Assembly (NCBI GenBank): GCA_963707505.1
Contig: CAVPQB010000004.1
Coordinates: 32,001 to 96,000, forward strand
From: an uncultured Gemmatimonadales bacterium
GTDB taxonomy: Bacteria > Gemmatimonadota > Gemmatimonadetes > Gemmatimonadales > Gemmatimonadaceae
Direction of reading: 5' to 3'
Length of the DNA stretch: 64,000 nucleotides
Shown: positions 1 through 9,116 of the stretch, piece after piece
Layout: the number at the start of each line of letters is the position of its first letter
How positions within the stretch are numbered: the stretch's first letter is position 1
The notes under the pieces: generated by a model
The model's input: only the letters and a program-made list of their open reading frames with translations
The model's database searches: none
Told to the model about the DNA's origin: nothing
Position numbers and translations under genes: made by a program

Positions 1-2
1 AG

Positions 3-713
3 GTGGTCGGATTGGGCGTGTATTCGCTGTTCGACAACATCCTGTACGCCGAAGCGACCGCCTATCGCTCCGCGCCGCAGGGCGGCGCAATGCCCCTCGA
101 CTCGACCGCCTCGAATACGACAAGTGGAGTGGTGCGCTACTGGCGTCTCGCACTGCAGCACCAGTATGGCCCGACCTACATGATGCTTGGTACGTATGGC
201 TTCGCTGCGAATCTCTATCCGCAGGGCGTGACCGGCCCGACCAATCGGTACACGGACATCGGGGTGGATGCGCAGGTGGAGCACGGCATGGGTACGACGA
301 TGGTCATCGGCCGGGCGACGTACATCCATGAGCAGCAACGGCTCGACGCGTTCCTCTCCAATGGTGCGCAGGCAGCAGTGCAATTGAAGCCGACACTGGC
401 GACACTGCGCGCGAACGTGAGCGTGCTCGCCAATCAGCGCTACGGAGCTACGGTCGGATTCTTCCAGACCACCGGTACGAGAGATACTCTTCTTTTCGCT
501 CCAGCTGCATTCAGCGGCAGCCGCACTGGCAGCCCCAACACGACCGGCGAGACTGCGGAGCTGACCTACAACGCCTGGGAGAACACACGGGTGGGTCTGC
601 AGTACGTGTACTACAGCAAGTTCAACGGTGCATCTACCGCTTATGATATCGCTGGCGGGCGGAGGGCGTCGGACAACAACACCCTCTACCTGTACACGTG
701 GCTGGCGTTCTAG
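3..713 (+). CDS. cyc2: C-terminal beta-barrel of a Cyc2-like fused cytochrome c-porin (5' part outside window)
   Basis: Motif order GLGVY..LYAE, YWRLALQHQYG..LGTYG, DIGVDAQ, RATYIHEQQ, GSPNT, ELTYNAWENTRVGLQYVYYSKFNG, ASDNNTLYLYTWLAF parallels the Acidithiobacillus Cyc2 C-terminal half as I recall it; terminal aromatic residue typical of OM barrels. The CxxCH heme motif is not visible. Confidence 0.7.
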   Translation: MVGLGVYSLFDNILYAEATAYRSAPQGGAMPLDSTASNTTSGVVRYWRLALQHQYGPTYMMLGTYGFAANLYPQGVTGPTNRYTDIGVDAQVEHGMGTTMVIGRATYIHEQQRLDAFLSNGAQAAVQLKPTLATLRANVSVLANQRYGATVGFFQTTGTRDTLLFAPAAFSGSRTGSPNTTGETAELTYNAWENTRVGLQYVYYSKFNGASTAYDIAGGRRASDNNTLYLYTWLAF

Positions 714-758
714 TACTGGTCTTCTCGTACTGTAGTTGCACGGTATATCTTCAGCTCG

Positions 759-785
759 GGCGGTGTCGTTACCGACACCGCCTTT
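759..785 (+). terminator. Intrinsic terminator-like hairpin after the cyc2-like gene
   Basis: ggcggtgtcg-ttac-cgacaccgcc followed by ttt. Confidence 0.6.
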
Positions 786-859
786 GCTAAAGATGCCGCC
801 GCCAGCTATCTATATCGCGAACGCGGCGAAAGTGTGCCCCTAAAACGCGAAGGCTGAGA

Positions 860-1486
860 ATGAGCTGGCCATATCTACACACACTCGTCAATCACTTTCC
901 GATCGTACTGACCGTGATTGGCGCGCTGGCGGTCCTGGTTGCGGCGATGGTACCGCGCAGAGCGACGTGGGTCTATGCCCTATCGACGCTTACTCTGGCT
1001 GGCATAACCATCTATCCGGCGTGGTGGAGTGGTCACAGGGCTGCTCATGCCGTGCACGACGCGTGGTACATCCAGCGCGGCGCCATTCCAACGCACTCGC
1101 AGGCCGCTGACATAACTGTGTGGATCGTCGGTGTCGTCGGTTTGCTGGCACTCCTCGCACTCATCACGATGGTACGAACGCGTGAGGCCGTTTCGCCGGC
1201 GCGCGCTTTACGCATTCTCGTAGGACTCGGCGCTATCGTATCCATCTGCGCCGTTTCTTACACTGGCTACCTGGGCGGAAAGATTGTCGTCGAATCTCCG
1301 ATCCTGGCCAGTCCGACGCCGCCGGTGATCACCGTGCCCGTTCCAACTACCAATTCGACACCAGCAACAACACCAGCAACAACACCAGCAACACCAACTC
1401 CTCAGCCTGCAACTCCGGACTCGGCGCACCCGCCTGCACATCCGACTCCGCAACCGACCGCCGCACCTCAACCGCACGTACCGTAA
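860..1486 (+). CDS. DUF2231-like 4-TM membrane protein with Pro/Thr-rich tail
   Basis: LHTLVNHFPIVL N-terminal motif, conserved His residues, TGYLGGKIV, four hydrophobic segments. Confidence 0.7.
   Translation: MSWPYLHTLVNHFPIVLTVIGALAVLVAAMVPRRATWVYALSTLTLAGITIYPAWWSGHRAAHAVHDAWYIQRGAIPTHSQAADITVWIVGVVGLLALLALITMVRTREAVSPARALRILVGLGAIVSICAVSYTGYLGGKIVVESPILASPTPPVITVPVPTTNSTPATTPATTPATPTPQPATPDSAHPPAHPTPQPTAAPQPHVP
1358..1393 (+). repeat. 3 x 12 bp perfect tandem repeat (acaccagcaaca; TPAT)
   Basis: Read directly. Confidence 0.9.
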
Positions 1487-1493
1487 CACGTCA

Positions 1494-2291
1494 GTGCGCA
1501 CCGCCGCGTCCCGACTCACGATCGCGCATGTCAGTGCGTGGGTGCTGGGCGCGTTGTTACTGCTGTTCCTTGCGGTCCCGATAATACTTCTCGTCGTACT
1601 GGGTGGCGCAGGGATAGGAAGCGCTCTGCGCGATCGCGACATGATCGCGGCTCTGGAGACCACGTTCGTAACTGCGACCGTAGCGACATTTCTCGCGGCG
1701 TTGTGCGGATCGCCAATCGCGTACGCGCTGTCGCGGGCGAAATTCCGCGGCCGCGCTTTCATCGCGGCGATAGTCGATCTACCGCTGCTGATCCCGCATC
1801 CGGTCGCGGGAATAGCGATCCTGCTGTTGGTCAGTCGAGATACAGTGTTAGGCAGCACGCTGCTGGATCTCGGATTGCGTGTGGTTGGCACTCCGGCGGG
1901 AATCGTCGCGGCGATGCTTTTTGTCTCCGCGCCGCTGTACGTCAGCGCGGCGCGAGAGGCGTTCGCGCGCGTGGACAGGCGCTACGAATTCGTCGCGCGG
2001 ACGCTTGGCGATACGTCATGGGCTGCGTTTCGCAGGGTGACATTCCCCATGGCGCGTCGCGGGCTGGCGTCGGCGGCGATTGTAACATGGGCGCGTGCCG
2101 TGAGTGAATTCGGCGCAGTTGTCGTGCTGGCCTACAACCCAAAGGTTGTAAGCGTGCTGAGCTACGACCGCTTCACGACCGGGGGACTGCGAGACGCTCT
2201 GCCGATCGCGGCGACGCTCGTGTTGGTGTCACTCGTGCCGCTGCTCCTGCTGCGGGCATTGCGGTACGACCGAAGCAGCGAGGCAGTGTGA
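1494..2291 (+). CDS. modB: Molybdate/tungstate ABC transporter permease (ModB/WtpB-like)
   Basis: DLPLLIPHPVAGIAILL, EAA-type loop (ARTLG), WARAVSEFGA. Confidence 0.8.
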   Translation: MRTAASRLTIAHVSAWVLGALLLLFLAVPIILLVVLGGAGIGSALRDRDMIAALETTFVTATVATFLAALCGSPIAYALSRAKFRGRAFIAAIVDLPLLIPHPVAGIAILLLVSRDTVLGSTLLDLGLRVVGTPAGIVAAMLFVSAPLYVSAAREAFARVDRRYEFVARTLGDTSWAAFRRVTFPMARRGLASAAIVTWARAVSEFGAVVVLAYNPKVVSVLSYDRFTTGGLRDALPIAATLVLVSLVPLLLLRALRYDRSSEAV

Positions 2292-2914
2292 CGATCGAAT
2301 GCCGCGCAATCTGCACACGCGTCGGCGGCTTCCAGCTGCGTGACGTCTCGCTCGCTGTTCCGACGGGCGGTCATGCGGTCATCACGGGGCCGACGGCGTC
2401 CGGAAAGACCACACTGCTCGAGGTGATAGCGGGTGCAGACATGCCGATCTCGGGGCACGTGATAGCGGGCGATGTCGACGTTACGTTCGCACCACCGGAA
2501 TCGCGCGGAATCGGCCTCGTGCCACAACATGGCTATCTCTTTCCGCATCTCGATGCTCGGCGGAACATCGAGTACGGTGCGGTCGGAGAGAGAACCGCGG
2601 GCGATCTCGCACGACGCTTCGGCGTGAATCATCTGATGCAGCGATTCGTGTCGTCGTTGAGCGGCGGCGAGCGCCAGCTCGTTGCGCTGTGTCGCGCTCT
2701 TGCGGCGCGCCCTTCCGTCCTGTTGCTGGATGAGCCCTTCTCGGCCCTCGATGCGACCCGCCGCGCAGCGGCGCTCAGCGAGTTTGCCTCGCTCCAGATC
2801 GAGTGGGCATTCACCGTCCTTCACGTAACTCACGTGGAATCAGACGCGATAGGCGCAACGCAACGGTTCGAAATGAACGATGGTGAACTGCGCGCGGCCT
2901 CTACCGCAACCTGA
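2288..2914 (+). CDS. modC: ABC ATP-binding protein (ModC/WtpC-like, short, no TOBE domain)
   Basis: GPTASGKTT, LSGGE, LLLDEPFSALD, HVTH; GTGA overlap with the permease. Confidence 0.8.
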   Translation: MTIECRAICTRVGGFQLRDVSLAVPTGGHAVITGPTASGKTTLLEVIAGADMPISGHVIAGDVDVTFAPPESRGIGLVPQHGYLFPHLDARRNIEYGAVGERTAGDLARRFGVNHLMQRFVSSLSGGERQLVALCRALAARPSVLLLDEPFSALDATRRAAALSEFASLQIEWAFTVLHVTHVESDAIGATQRFEMNDGELRAASTAT

Positions 2915-4655
2915 TCTCGCGCGCTATCTGAGTCCGGTGCGCGTCATCGACACCGACCGCGACCGACACCTGATAGGTTCCCGCTGGCAACTGCGCCAGA
3001 TCCACCACGACTGAATGCGAGGCGATGCCACTGCTCGCGTACGTGTCATGCCACCGGACAGCGAGTGGAGAATCGCGTCCCACTATGTGAAGAGCCTGGC
3101 CGAGCCATCTCAGCACTCCCCCGTCGGTGCGCACAACTGTCACGAGTACCGATGATGAATCCGGCGTAGCACCCGAAGTGGCACCCGAAGTAGCACCCGA
3201 AGTAGCAACAGAAGTAGCAACAGACTGTGAGTCCGTATCGGCAGTCAATGCGTGAGGTTCACCGGATGAATCCGGTTTTGTCGCGCCGTACTCTTCCCAG
3301 TACAAGCCCAGTCGTCGCGCTCCGTGAAGGTCGCTGGAAGTGAGCGCGTGCGTCAGCGCATCGTCAAGCGATTCGACAGTTGCGCTGGAATCGGCTGCGA
3401 ACAGCAGCAGCGTCGAGAGATCGGGCGCGCCGATGGCATGATGCGGCGGCGCCAGCCATTCGCGCGCTCGGGCATCGCGCAGCCGGACGGGATCGAACGC
3501 CTCCATCGCAACCATCTCGCCCTTCCACCCGCTGTGTGCGCGACGCACACGGCCATGGTGCGCGCCCGGCACGCCGGTGTCGTTCGGTGCACCGGATACG
3601 CCAAGCAGCGCCGTGCCCAGCGTCGTGTCTGAATAGACTGCGACCACAAGCGCTGAATCGCCGCGTTTCATCATCGCGAATTGTGCATCGAGCGGTGCGA
3701 GCGTGTCGATGTATGGCGGAGCATAGGTCTCCCTCGCGACCGGCGCGTAGGCGTCCCAGGATGCACTATCTCCGTGAATCTCTGCGGCGAAGTGAAAGCT
3801 CGGAAGTCGGTCGTGGCCAATTGGAGTCTCGAATGTTGTGTATGGCCCCGGCCACGAAACACTGTACCAGAGCGGCTCGCCATATCTGATGAGCATCTCC
3901 CGCATATCCTGACCCCACGGGAGTCCGTATGCGTTTGTCGCGGTCTCGGAGAGGTCCGCGATCAACATGCGCGAGAAATGCTCGGTTCGCCGGTCGTTCC
4001 CACGAACCGCAAACGACGGCTGCGCCAGATCCCAGAAGCGCTTCTCCACGGAATCACGCTGCCCGCAAGGCAACGCATCGTAACTGGCGCGCTCGTCGTC
4101 ATCGAGCAGCACCGAGATGTCATTCCACCTGCAGCGCTCGTCCGCTGGCATCTTCGCAAGCGCGCTGTCGAATGCAGCCGCCGCGTCGCCGTATCGCTCC
4201 GACGCATGAAGCGCATAGCCCAGCAGCGCTTTACAATACCAGCGCGGCGGCGCGCACGACCGCGCGACCGACACCGCAGCCGAATCCTCGCCGGCTTCGA
4301 CCATGTACCGCACACGCTCACCGGCGATCCAGTCGTCGCCAGGCGATACCGCGTTGAGACTGGCGAGCGTCGCGATCAGCGACTGCCGTGCTCTCAGAAT
4401 CGAGCTTGCCTCAGGACGCGGTTCCTCCGAACCATCATCCCGCCAGTGGCACATGCGGCCGATCACCGCATCGCACGGATGGTTGTCCGGCTCTCCAATA
4501 CGCGGAAGCGACTCGCGCCGGCCGCGCTCGAAACGGCTCTGCGCGGAATGCGCTTCGCTCAGTACACGAAGAGAGTCTCCGCGCTGTAGTTGTGATCGCG
4601 CGGTTGCCGGAACAATGAGACAGCAAATGCTGATAACCCATCGAGCGCCAGGCAT
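2901..4655 (-). CDS. Secreted GWxTD-like domain protein
   Basis: Signal-like N-terminus; RFWDLAQP..NDRRTEHFSR..WGQDMREMLIRYGEP resembles the GWxTD core. Confidence 0.55.
   Translation of the reverse strand: MPGARWVISICCLIVPATARSQLQRGDSLRVLSEAHSAQSRFERGRRESLPRIGEPDNHPCDAVIGRMCHWRDDGSEEPRPEASSILRARQSLIATLASLNAVSPGDDWIAGERVRYMVEAGEDSAAVSVARSCAPPRWYCKALLGYALHASERYGDAAAAFDSALAKMPADERCRWNDISVLLDDDERASYDALPCGQRDSVEKRFWDLAQPSFAVRGNDRRTEHFSRMLIADLSETATNAYGLPWGQDMREMLIRYGEPLWYSVSWPGPYTTFETPIGHDRLPSFHFAAEIHGDSASWDAYAPVARETYAPPYIDTLAPLDAQFAMMKRGDSALVVAVYSDTTLGTALLGVSGAPNDTGVPGAHHGRVRRAHSGWKGEMVAMEAFDPVRLRDARAREWLAPPHHAIGAPDLSTLLLFAADSSATVESLDDALTHALTSSDLHGARRLGLYWEEYGATKPDSSGEPHALTADTDSQSVATSVATSGATSGATSGATPDSSSVLVTVVRTDGGVLRWLGQALHIVGRDSPLAVRWHDTYASSGIASHSVVVDLAQLPAGTYQVSVAVGVDDAHRTQIAREIRLR
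3166..3225. repeat. 5 x 12 bp tandem repeat (gtagcacccgaa/gtagcaacagaa; SVAT/SGAT)
   Basis: Read directly. Confidence 0.85.
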
Positions 4656-4664
4656 CGTTGCACC

Positions 4665-4816
4665 CTATAGCCGGTCTAGCTTCTCCAATCCAGTGGACCC
4701 GATGCAAGCAATGTTCCGCTCTCGTACAACGTTCGCAGGTAGGCGCGGTGCTCGTCGGTCCGAGTGAACACTTCATCCAGTGCTCGGCGATACCTGATGA
4801 TCGCAATCGCGTACAT
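4665..4816 (-). pseudogene. yciI: YciI-family gene with internal deletion
   Basis: MYAIAIIRY..DEHRAYL..GTLLASGPLD then early stop; a LEKLDRL* C-terminal-like peptide follows in another frame; TGATG coupling to sufU. Confidence 0.65.
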
Positions 4817-5289
4817 CAGTCCGCCTCCGGCCCGTCGCCGGCCTGCTGCTCCGACGCGGACCTGGCCAGACCCTGTTCCAGCGCGTTCCACGCGAGCAGC
4901 GCACATTTTACCCGCGCCGGAAAACGCGCGACACCCGCAAGTGCCCGGGCTCTGCCGAGTGTGGCATCGCTCGCCGCGTCAGTATCGCCCATAACCATTG
5001 CGCGAAAACGCTCGCCGAGCTGGCCGATCTCGCTGGCACGCTTGCCCTTGACCATCTCGGTCATCATGCTCGTGGACGCCTGGGAGATGGAACAACCGCG
5101 GCCGGTGAAGCGAACGTCGGCAACCTCGTCGCCATTCATCTCCAGCTCGAGCGTTATCTCGTCGCCGCAGAGCGGATTCCGCATTGGTACCGAGATGCTC
5201 GCGTGCTCCAGCGTTCCCTTGTTCCGGGGACGCCGATAGTGATCCAGGATGATGTCCTGGTAAAGCGCGGTCAGCGATGCGTCTGCCAT
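4816..5289 (-). CDS. sufU: SufU/NifU-type sulfur transfer protein
   Basis: LYQDIILDHYRRPRNKG, NPLCGDE, GCSISQAS, PARVKCA. Confidence 0.95.
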   Translation of the reverse strand: MADASLTALYQDIILDHYRRPRNKGTLEHASISVPMRNPLCGDEITLELEMNGDEVADVRFTGRGCSISQASTSMMTEMVKGKRASEIGQLGERFRAMVMGDTDAASDATLGRARALAGVARFPARVKCALLAWNALEQGLARSASEQQAGDGPEAD

Positions 5290-5440
5290 TCCATCTCAAA
5301 TATACTCGGCGCCCTTCCAGCCATCCGATGGCGGCCGCGTCGCTCGCATCTAAGGAAAGGCATCACAAAATCTTTTCTGGCGCGTGGCGGCAGCACCGTT
5401 CGAGCCACACATTTCCTGCGACTGCTCACCCAATGATGCC

Positions 5441-7006
5441 ATGCTAACCGCGCCGTTGAAACGTCGCACCAGTTCCAGCCACACCAGTTCCAGCCACACC
5501 AGTTCCAGCCATGCCAGCGCCAGCTTGCGAAACAATCGATTTACAACGTTGGCGGCGATTCCGATTCTCGTTGCGGTGATGCTCTCGTCGCCGGCGACGT
5601 CCCGAGCGTCCACCGCGGGCCGAGCTCGCTTTACGCGCTCCATGCGACAACGCTCCGACACCGGCGAAACGGCGAGCCTGACAGGCACTGTGTACGATAG
5701 CGTAACCAACGCTCCGCTGGCGGAAGCTCAGGTGCAGCTCGTGGATGTCGATCACCGCACGAGAGCGTACACCGTTCGCTCCGACTCACTCGGACGATTC
5801 CGCATTCCAGCGATGGCGCCGGGCCGCTACACAGCCGGCTTCTTTCACCCATCCGTCGACGCGCTCGGCATCGAGCCCCCACTCAGATCGGCGACGATTC
5901 ACGCCGGCGACAACGTGCTCGAACTGGTGATTCCGGGCCCCGCGCGGATCATGGCGGCGGTGTGCGGTGAGCAGCCGGCGAGTGACTCGTCCGGCGCGAT
6001 CGCCGGTGTCGTGCGAGACGCTGCGTCCGGCCTGCCGATCGGCAACGCCAAGGTCGTCGTCACGTGGCGCGAAATAGTGATCGACAAACGCGGCCTCGTT
6101 TCAGAGACGCGACGAGTGCCCGTGCAAACGGGAGAGGATGGCGGCTATCGCATATGCAAGCTGCCCGGCGCCGACACCGTGCTGGCAAGCGCCGAGCTGG
6201 GCGCAAGACGATCCGGACTCGTGGAGGTTGGAATCCCGATCGGCGGCATAACGCGACGCGATTTCTCGCTCGGCGATTCCAGTTCCGCCGTCGCAGTGCG
6301 CACCGACTCCAACTCGAGCGTGAGCGCCGATGTACAACGCGCGACCACGCTCCTGCGCGGCTCGGCGGCTCTATCAGGTCTCGTACATGGCGCCGACGGA
6401 AAGCCGATGCAGGGCGCCACGATAATGGTGTGGGGAACCGGCCTCGAAACCAGGAGCAGGGCCGACGGTCGCTTCGCGCTCACCGGTCTTCCCGCAGGCA
6501 CCTTCAGCGTCGAGGCTCGTATGCTCGGTTACGAGCCCAGGCGCGTCGCCGTCGATCTGTCGCCGCAAACGCCGGCAACCGTCAATCTCGAGTTCAGGGA
6601 TCGCGTGCAACAACTGTCACGCGTGGTGGTCATGGGCAAGCCGTCACGCACGGCCGGTGACATCGTGGGCTTTCTGGAGCGATCGCGCAACGGAATGGGG
6701 CATTACATCACTGCGTCCGATAACGTGCTCAAGAATGCACTCAACGCCACCGACGCGCTCCGCATGACGCCCGGAGTTCAGGTGGTGCCCGGTAGCGGCT
6801 TCGGTCACGTAATCCTTATGCGCGGAGGATGTGTCCCAGTTGTGTACGTGGATGGCATGCAGATGCAGGACGGTTACTCGACCCTGGATGACATAGTGCC
6901 ACCGCAACAGGTTGCGGGAATGGAGATCTACGCCGGACTCGGCGAGGCGCCCGTGCAGTACCAGTCCAACGGATGCGGAGTACTTTTGGTCTGGACCAAA
7001 CGTTGA
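5441..7006 (+). CDS. Carboxypeptidase-regulatory-like repeat protein with C-terminal TonB plug-like domain, no barrel (start uncertain)
   Basis: Three LTGTVYD/IAGVVRD/LSGLVHG Ig-like repeats; C-terminal DALRMTPGV..CVPVVYVDG..GMEIY..CGVLLVWTKR. Confidence 0.75.
   Translation: MLTAPLKRRTSSSHTSSSHTSSSHASASLRNNRFTTLAAIPILVAVMLSSPATSRASTAGRARFTRSMRQRSDTGETASLTGTVYDSVTNAPLAEAQVQLVDVDHRTRAYTVRSDSLGRFRIPAMAPGRYTAGFFHPSVDALGIEPPLRSATIHAGDNVLELVIPGPARIMAAVCGEQPASDSSGAIAGVVRDAASGLPIGNAKVVVTWREIVIDKRGLVSETRRVPVQTGEDGGYRICKLPGADTVLASAELGARRSGLVEVGIPIGGITRRDFSLGDSSSAVAVRTDSNSSVSADVQRATTLLRGSAALSGLVHGADGKPMQGATIMVWGTGLETRSRADGRFALTGLPAGTFSVEARMLGYEPRRVAVDLSPQTPATVNLEFRDRVQQLSRVVVMGKPSRTAGDIVGFLERSRNGMGHYITASDNVLKNALNATDALRMTPGVQVVPGSGFGHVILMRGGCVPVVYVDGMQMQDGYSTLDDIVPPQQVAGMEIYAGLGEAPVQYQSNGCGVLLVWTKR
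5467..5511. repeat. 3 x 15 bp perfect tandem repeat (caccagttccagcca)
   Basis: Read directly. Confidence 0.9.
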
Positions 7007-7024
7007 TCCACGGAGGATGGAATC

Positions 7025-7747
7025 GTGAATTTCGATTTGATGCGTCAGTACCTCGGCGTCTGTGCCGTGATCGCATTCGCGACTCCTTCGGTATCCGGTG
7101 CGCAGATGAGTCTGCGAGGAACGCCGCGCATGGAAGCGGGGGCTGCGTTCGAATTCGCGCAGCCAACCGGTGATTTTCGCCAGAACGTCCGCCAGGGATT
7201 CGGAGGCGCCGGACATTTCGTTCTCGGACTCGACCCTCAGGCGATCGTCGGAATTCGTGTCGACGCCGGCTTCATCAACTACGGCAACGATACCCACTAC
7301 GTGCCGTTCAGCTCCAGCGTGCGCCGGATCATCGTGCGCGAAGAAACCTCCAACAACATCTTCGTTGCGAGCGTCGGTCCACAGTTGACGCTCCCGATCG
7401 GTCGCGTGCGGCCGTACGTGAACGCCGGTATCGGCCTGGCGTATTTCTTTACACAGACCTCGCTCACGACGGACGACAATTCCCAGCAGATCGCGCAGAC
7501 CACCAACTACAGCGACAACTCGCTCGCCTACACCGGCGGCGCTGGCTTCAACGTCCCACTGACATCCGGCAGTTCGCCGATGTCACTCAACGTCGGCGCG
7601 CGCTACAACTCGATCTCGAGCGCCAGATATCTGACTAAGGGCGACATAATGGATGATCCGAACAGCCAGTACGGAATCATCATCACGCCGCACGAGTCAG
7701 CCGCGGATTTCATCACGTACCAGCTCGGGATTTCGTTCCGGTTCTAG
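7025..7747 (+). CDS. Small outer-membrane beta-barrel protein
   Basis: Signal peptide, RPYVNAGIG, amphipathic strands, C-terminal YQLGISFRF. Confidence 0.8.
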   Translation: MNFDLMRQYLGVCAVIAFATPSVSGAQMSLRGTPRMEAGAAFEFAQPTGDFRQNVRQGFGGAGHFVLGLDPQAIVGIRVDAGFINYGNDTHYVPFSSSVRRIIVREETSNNIFVASVGPQLTLPIGRVRPYVNAGIGLAYFFTQTSLTTDDNSQQIAQTTNYSDNSLAYTGGAGFNVPLTSGSSPMSLNVGARYNSISSARYLTKGDIMDDPNSQYGIIITPHESAADFITYQLGISFRF

Positions 7748-7770
7748 AGCGGAGCGCCTGGAAAGCGAAT

Positions 7771-7794
7771 GTGGGGCACGGATGCATCCCTGCC
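7771..7794 (+). repeat. GTAG-type REP family, GGATGCATCC core; other copies at 10577-10601 (+), 15781-15804 (+), 32922-32945 (-), 38017-38041 (-)
   Basis: gtggggcacggatgcatccctgcc; gtacgggcgcggatgcatccgcgcc; gtagggcgcggatatatccgcgcc; all intergenic or at stop codons. Confidence 0.65.
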
Positions 7795-7799
7795 TGTCG

Positions 7800-9029
7800 C
7801 TATGCCGTCCCGCTCTCCGCGAACATCGTCATCGCCTCGCTCACCCCCGCAACCAGCGCATCCACGTCGCTCTCGTCGTTGTAGATGTAAAACGACGCGC
7901 GTGCGGTCGAGCTCACGCCGAGCCGACGCATCAGCGGTTGTGCGCAGTGGTGACCGGAGCGTATGCAGACGCCAGTGCTGTCCAGAATCGTAGCAAGGTC
8001 GTGCGCGTGAACGTCGGCGACGTTGAACGAGATCACACCGCTGCGTTGCGCCGGCGGTGGACCGTAGATCGTGACGTCGCCCAGCTCTTCTAGACGCTGC
8101 TGAGCCAGTGCGACCAGCTTCTGCTCGTGCGCCTGGACGTTTTCCATCCCGATCGCGTCGAGATATTCCACCGCCGCGGCGAGGCCGACCGCACCTGCGG
8201 AATTGGGTGTTCCCGCCTCGAACTTGTGCGGCAACGGCGCCCACGTAGTCGTCTCGTCGTACACGAATTCGATCATGTCTCCGCCGAACTGGTACGGCGG
8301 GATTCGCTCCAGAAGCTCGCGTTTCGCGATCAGGCCGCCCAGTCCCATGGGTCCGCCCATCTTGTGGCCGCTGAAGGCATAGGCGTCCACCCCGAGCTCG
8401 TCGAACCCGACGCGGATGTGTGGCGCCCCCTGGGCACCGTCGCACACGATCATCGCGTCGCAGCGGCTGCGCACCATCGCAGCTATCTGGCTCACCGGGT
8501 TCACCGTGCCCAAGGCGTTGGAGACGTGGCCAAATGCGACCACCCGCGTTCGAGGCCCGAGCATCGAGGCAAGCATGTCGAGATCGATCTGGCCGTCCGG
8601 CGTCAGCTCGCAGATCCGGAACCTCGCACCCGTCGCCAGCGCCGCCTGTTGCCAGGTGACGAAGTTGGAGTGGTGTTCCATCGCCGTGACCACTATCTCG
8701 CCAGTCGAACGGTTGTTCGGTAATGTATTCGAACGACTGTACGAGGATGCAAGCAGGTTCAGCGCTTCGGTTGTCCCGCGGGTGAAGATCAGCGTATCGG
8801 GATCCTTCGCGCCCAGAAATCTGGCGATCCCGGTGCGGGCACGATGATACCGCTCCGTAGCATCCACCGAGAGCGAATAGGCGCCCCGGTGCGGATTGGC
8901 GTAGCTGTGCTCGTAATAATCACGGATCGCGTCCAGCACGACCTTCGGTTTCTGCGCCGAAGCAGCCGAATCGAGATAGTGCAGCGCCGGATTGGCGGCC
9001 AGCAGGGGGAAGTCGGAGCGGTATGCCAT
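7800..9029 (-). CDS. sufS: Cysteine desulfurase SufS
   Basis: [21 protein letters not shown] (PLP Lys), [15 protein letters not shown]. Confidence 0.95.
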   Translation of the reverse strand: MAYRSDFPLLAANPALHYLDSAASAQKPKVVLDAIRDYYEHSYANPHRGAYSLSVDATERYHRARTGIARFLGAKDPDTLIFTRGTTEALNLLASSYSRSNTLPNNRSTGEIVVTAMEHHSNFVTWQQAALATGARFRICELTPDGQIDLDMLASMLGPRTRVVAFGHVSNALGTVNPVSQIAAMVRSRCDAMIVCDGAQGAPHIRVGFDELGVDAYAFSGHKMGGPMGLGGLIAKRELLERIPPYQFGGDMIEFVYDETTTWAPLPHKFEAGTPNSAGAVGLAAAVEYLDAIGMENVQAHEQKLVALAQQRLEELGDVTIYGPPPAQRSGVISFNVADVHAHDLATILDSTGVCIRSGHHCAQPLMRRLGVSSTARASFYIYNDESDVDALVAGVSEAMTMFAESGTA

Positions 9030-9116
9030 GGTTTATCTACAAAAAGCCGACAAAATCACTTACCTTTACATCAATCTACGCGAAAGTGTAGTAACGCCAA
9101 GGAGTTAGACGCAGTA

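Noticed and set aside
8844..9116. N-terminal extension of SufB (and of SufC at 10546-10689)
   Set aside because: The extensions overlap sufS or a REP region; RBS and family starts fit 9117 and 10690
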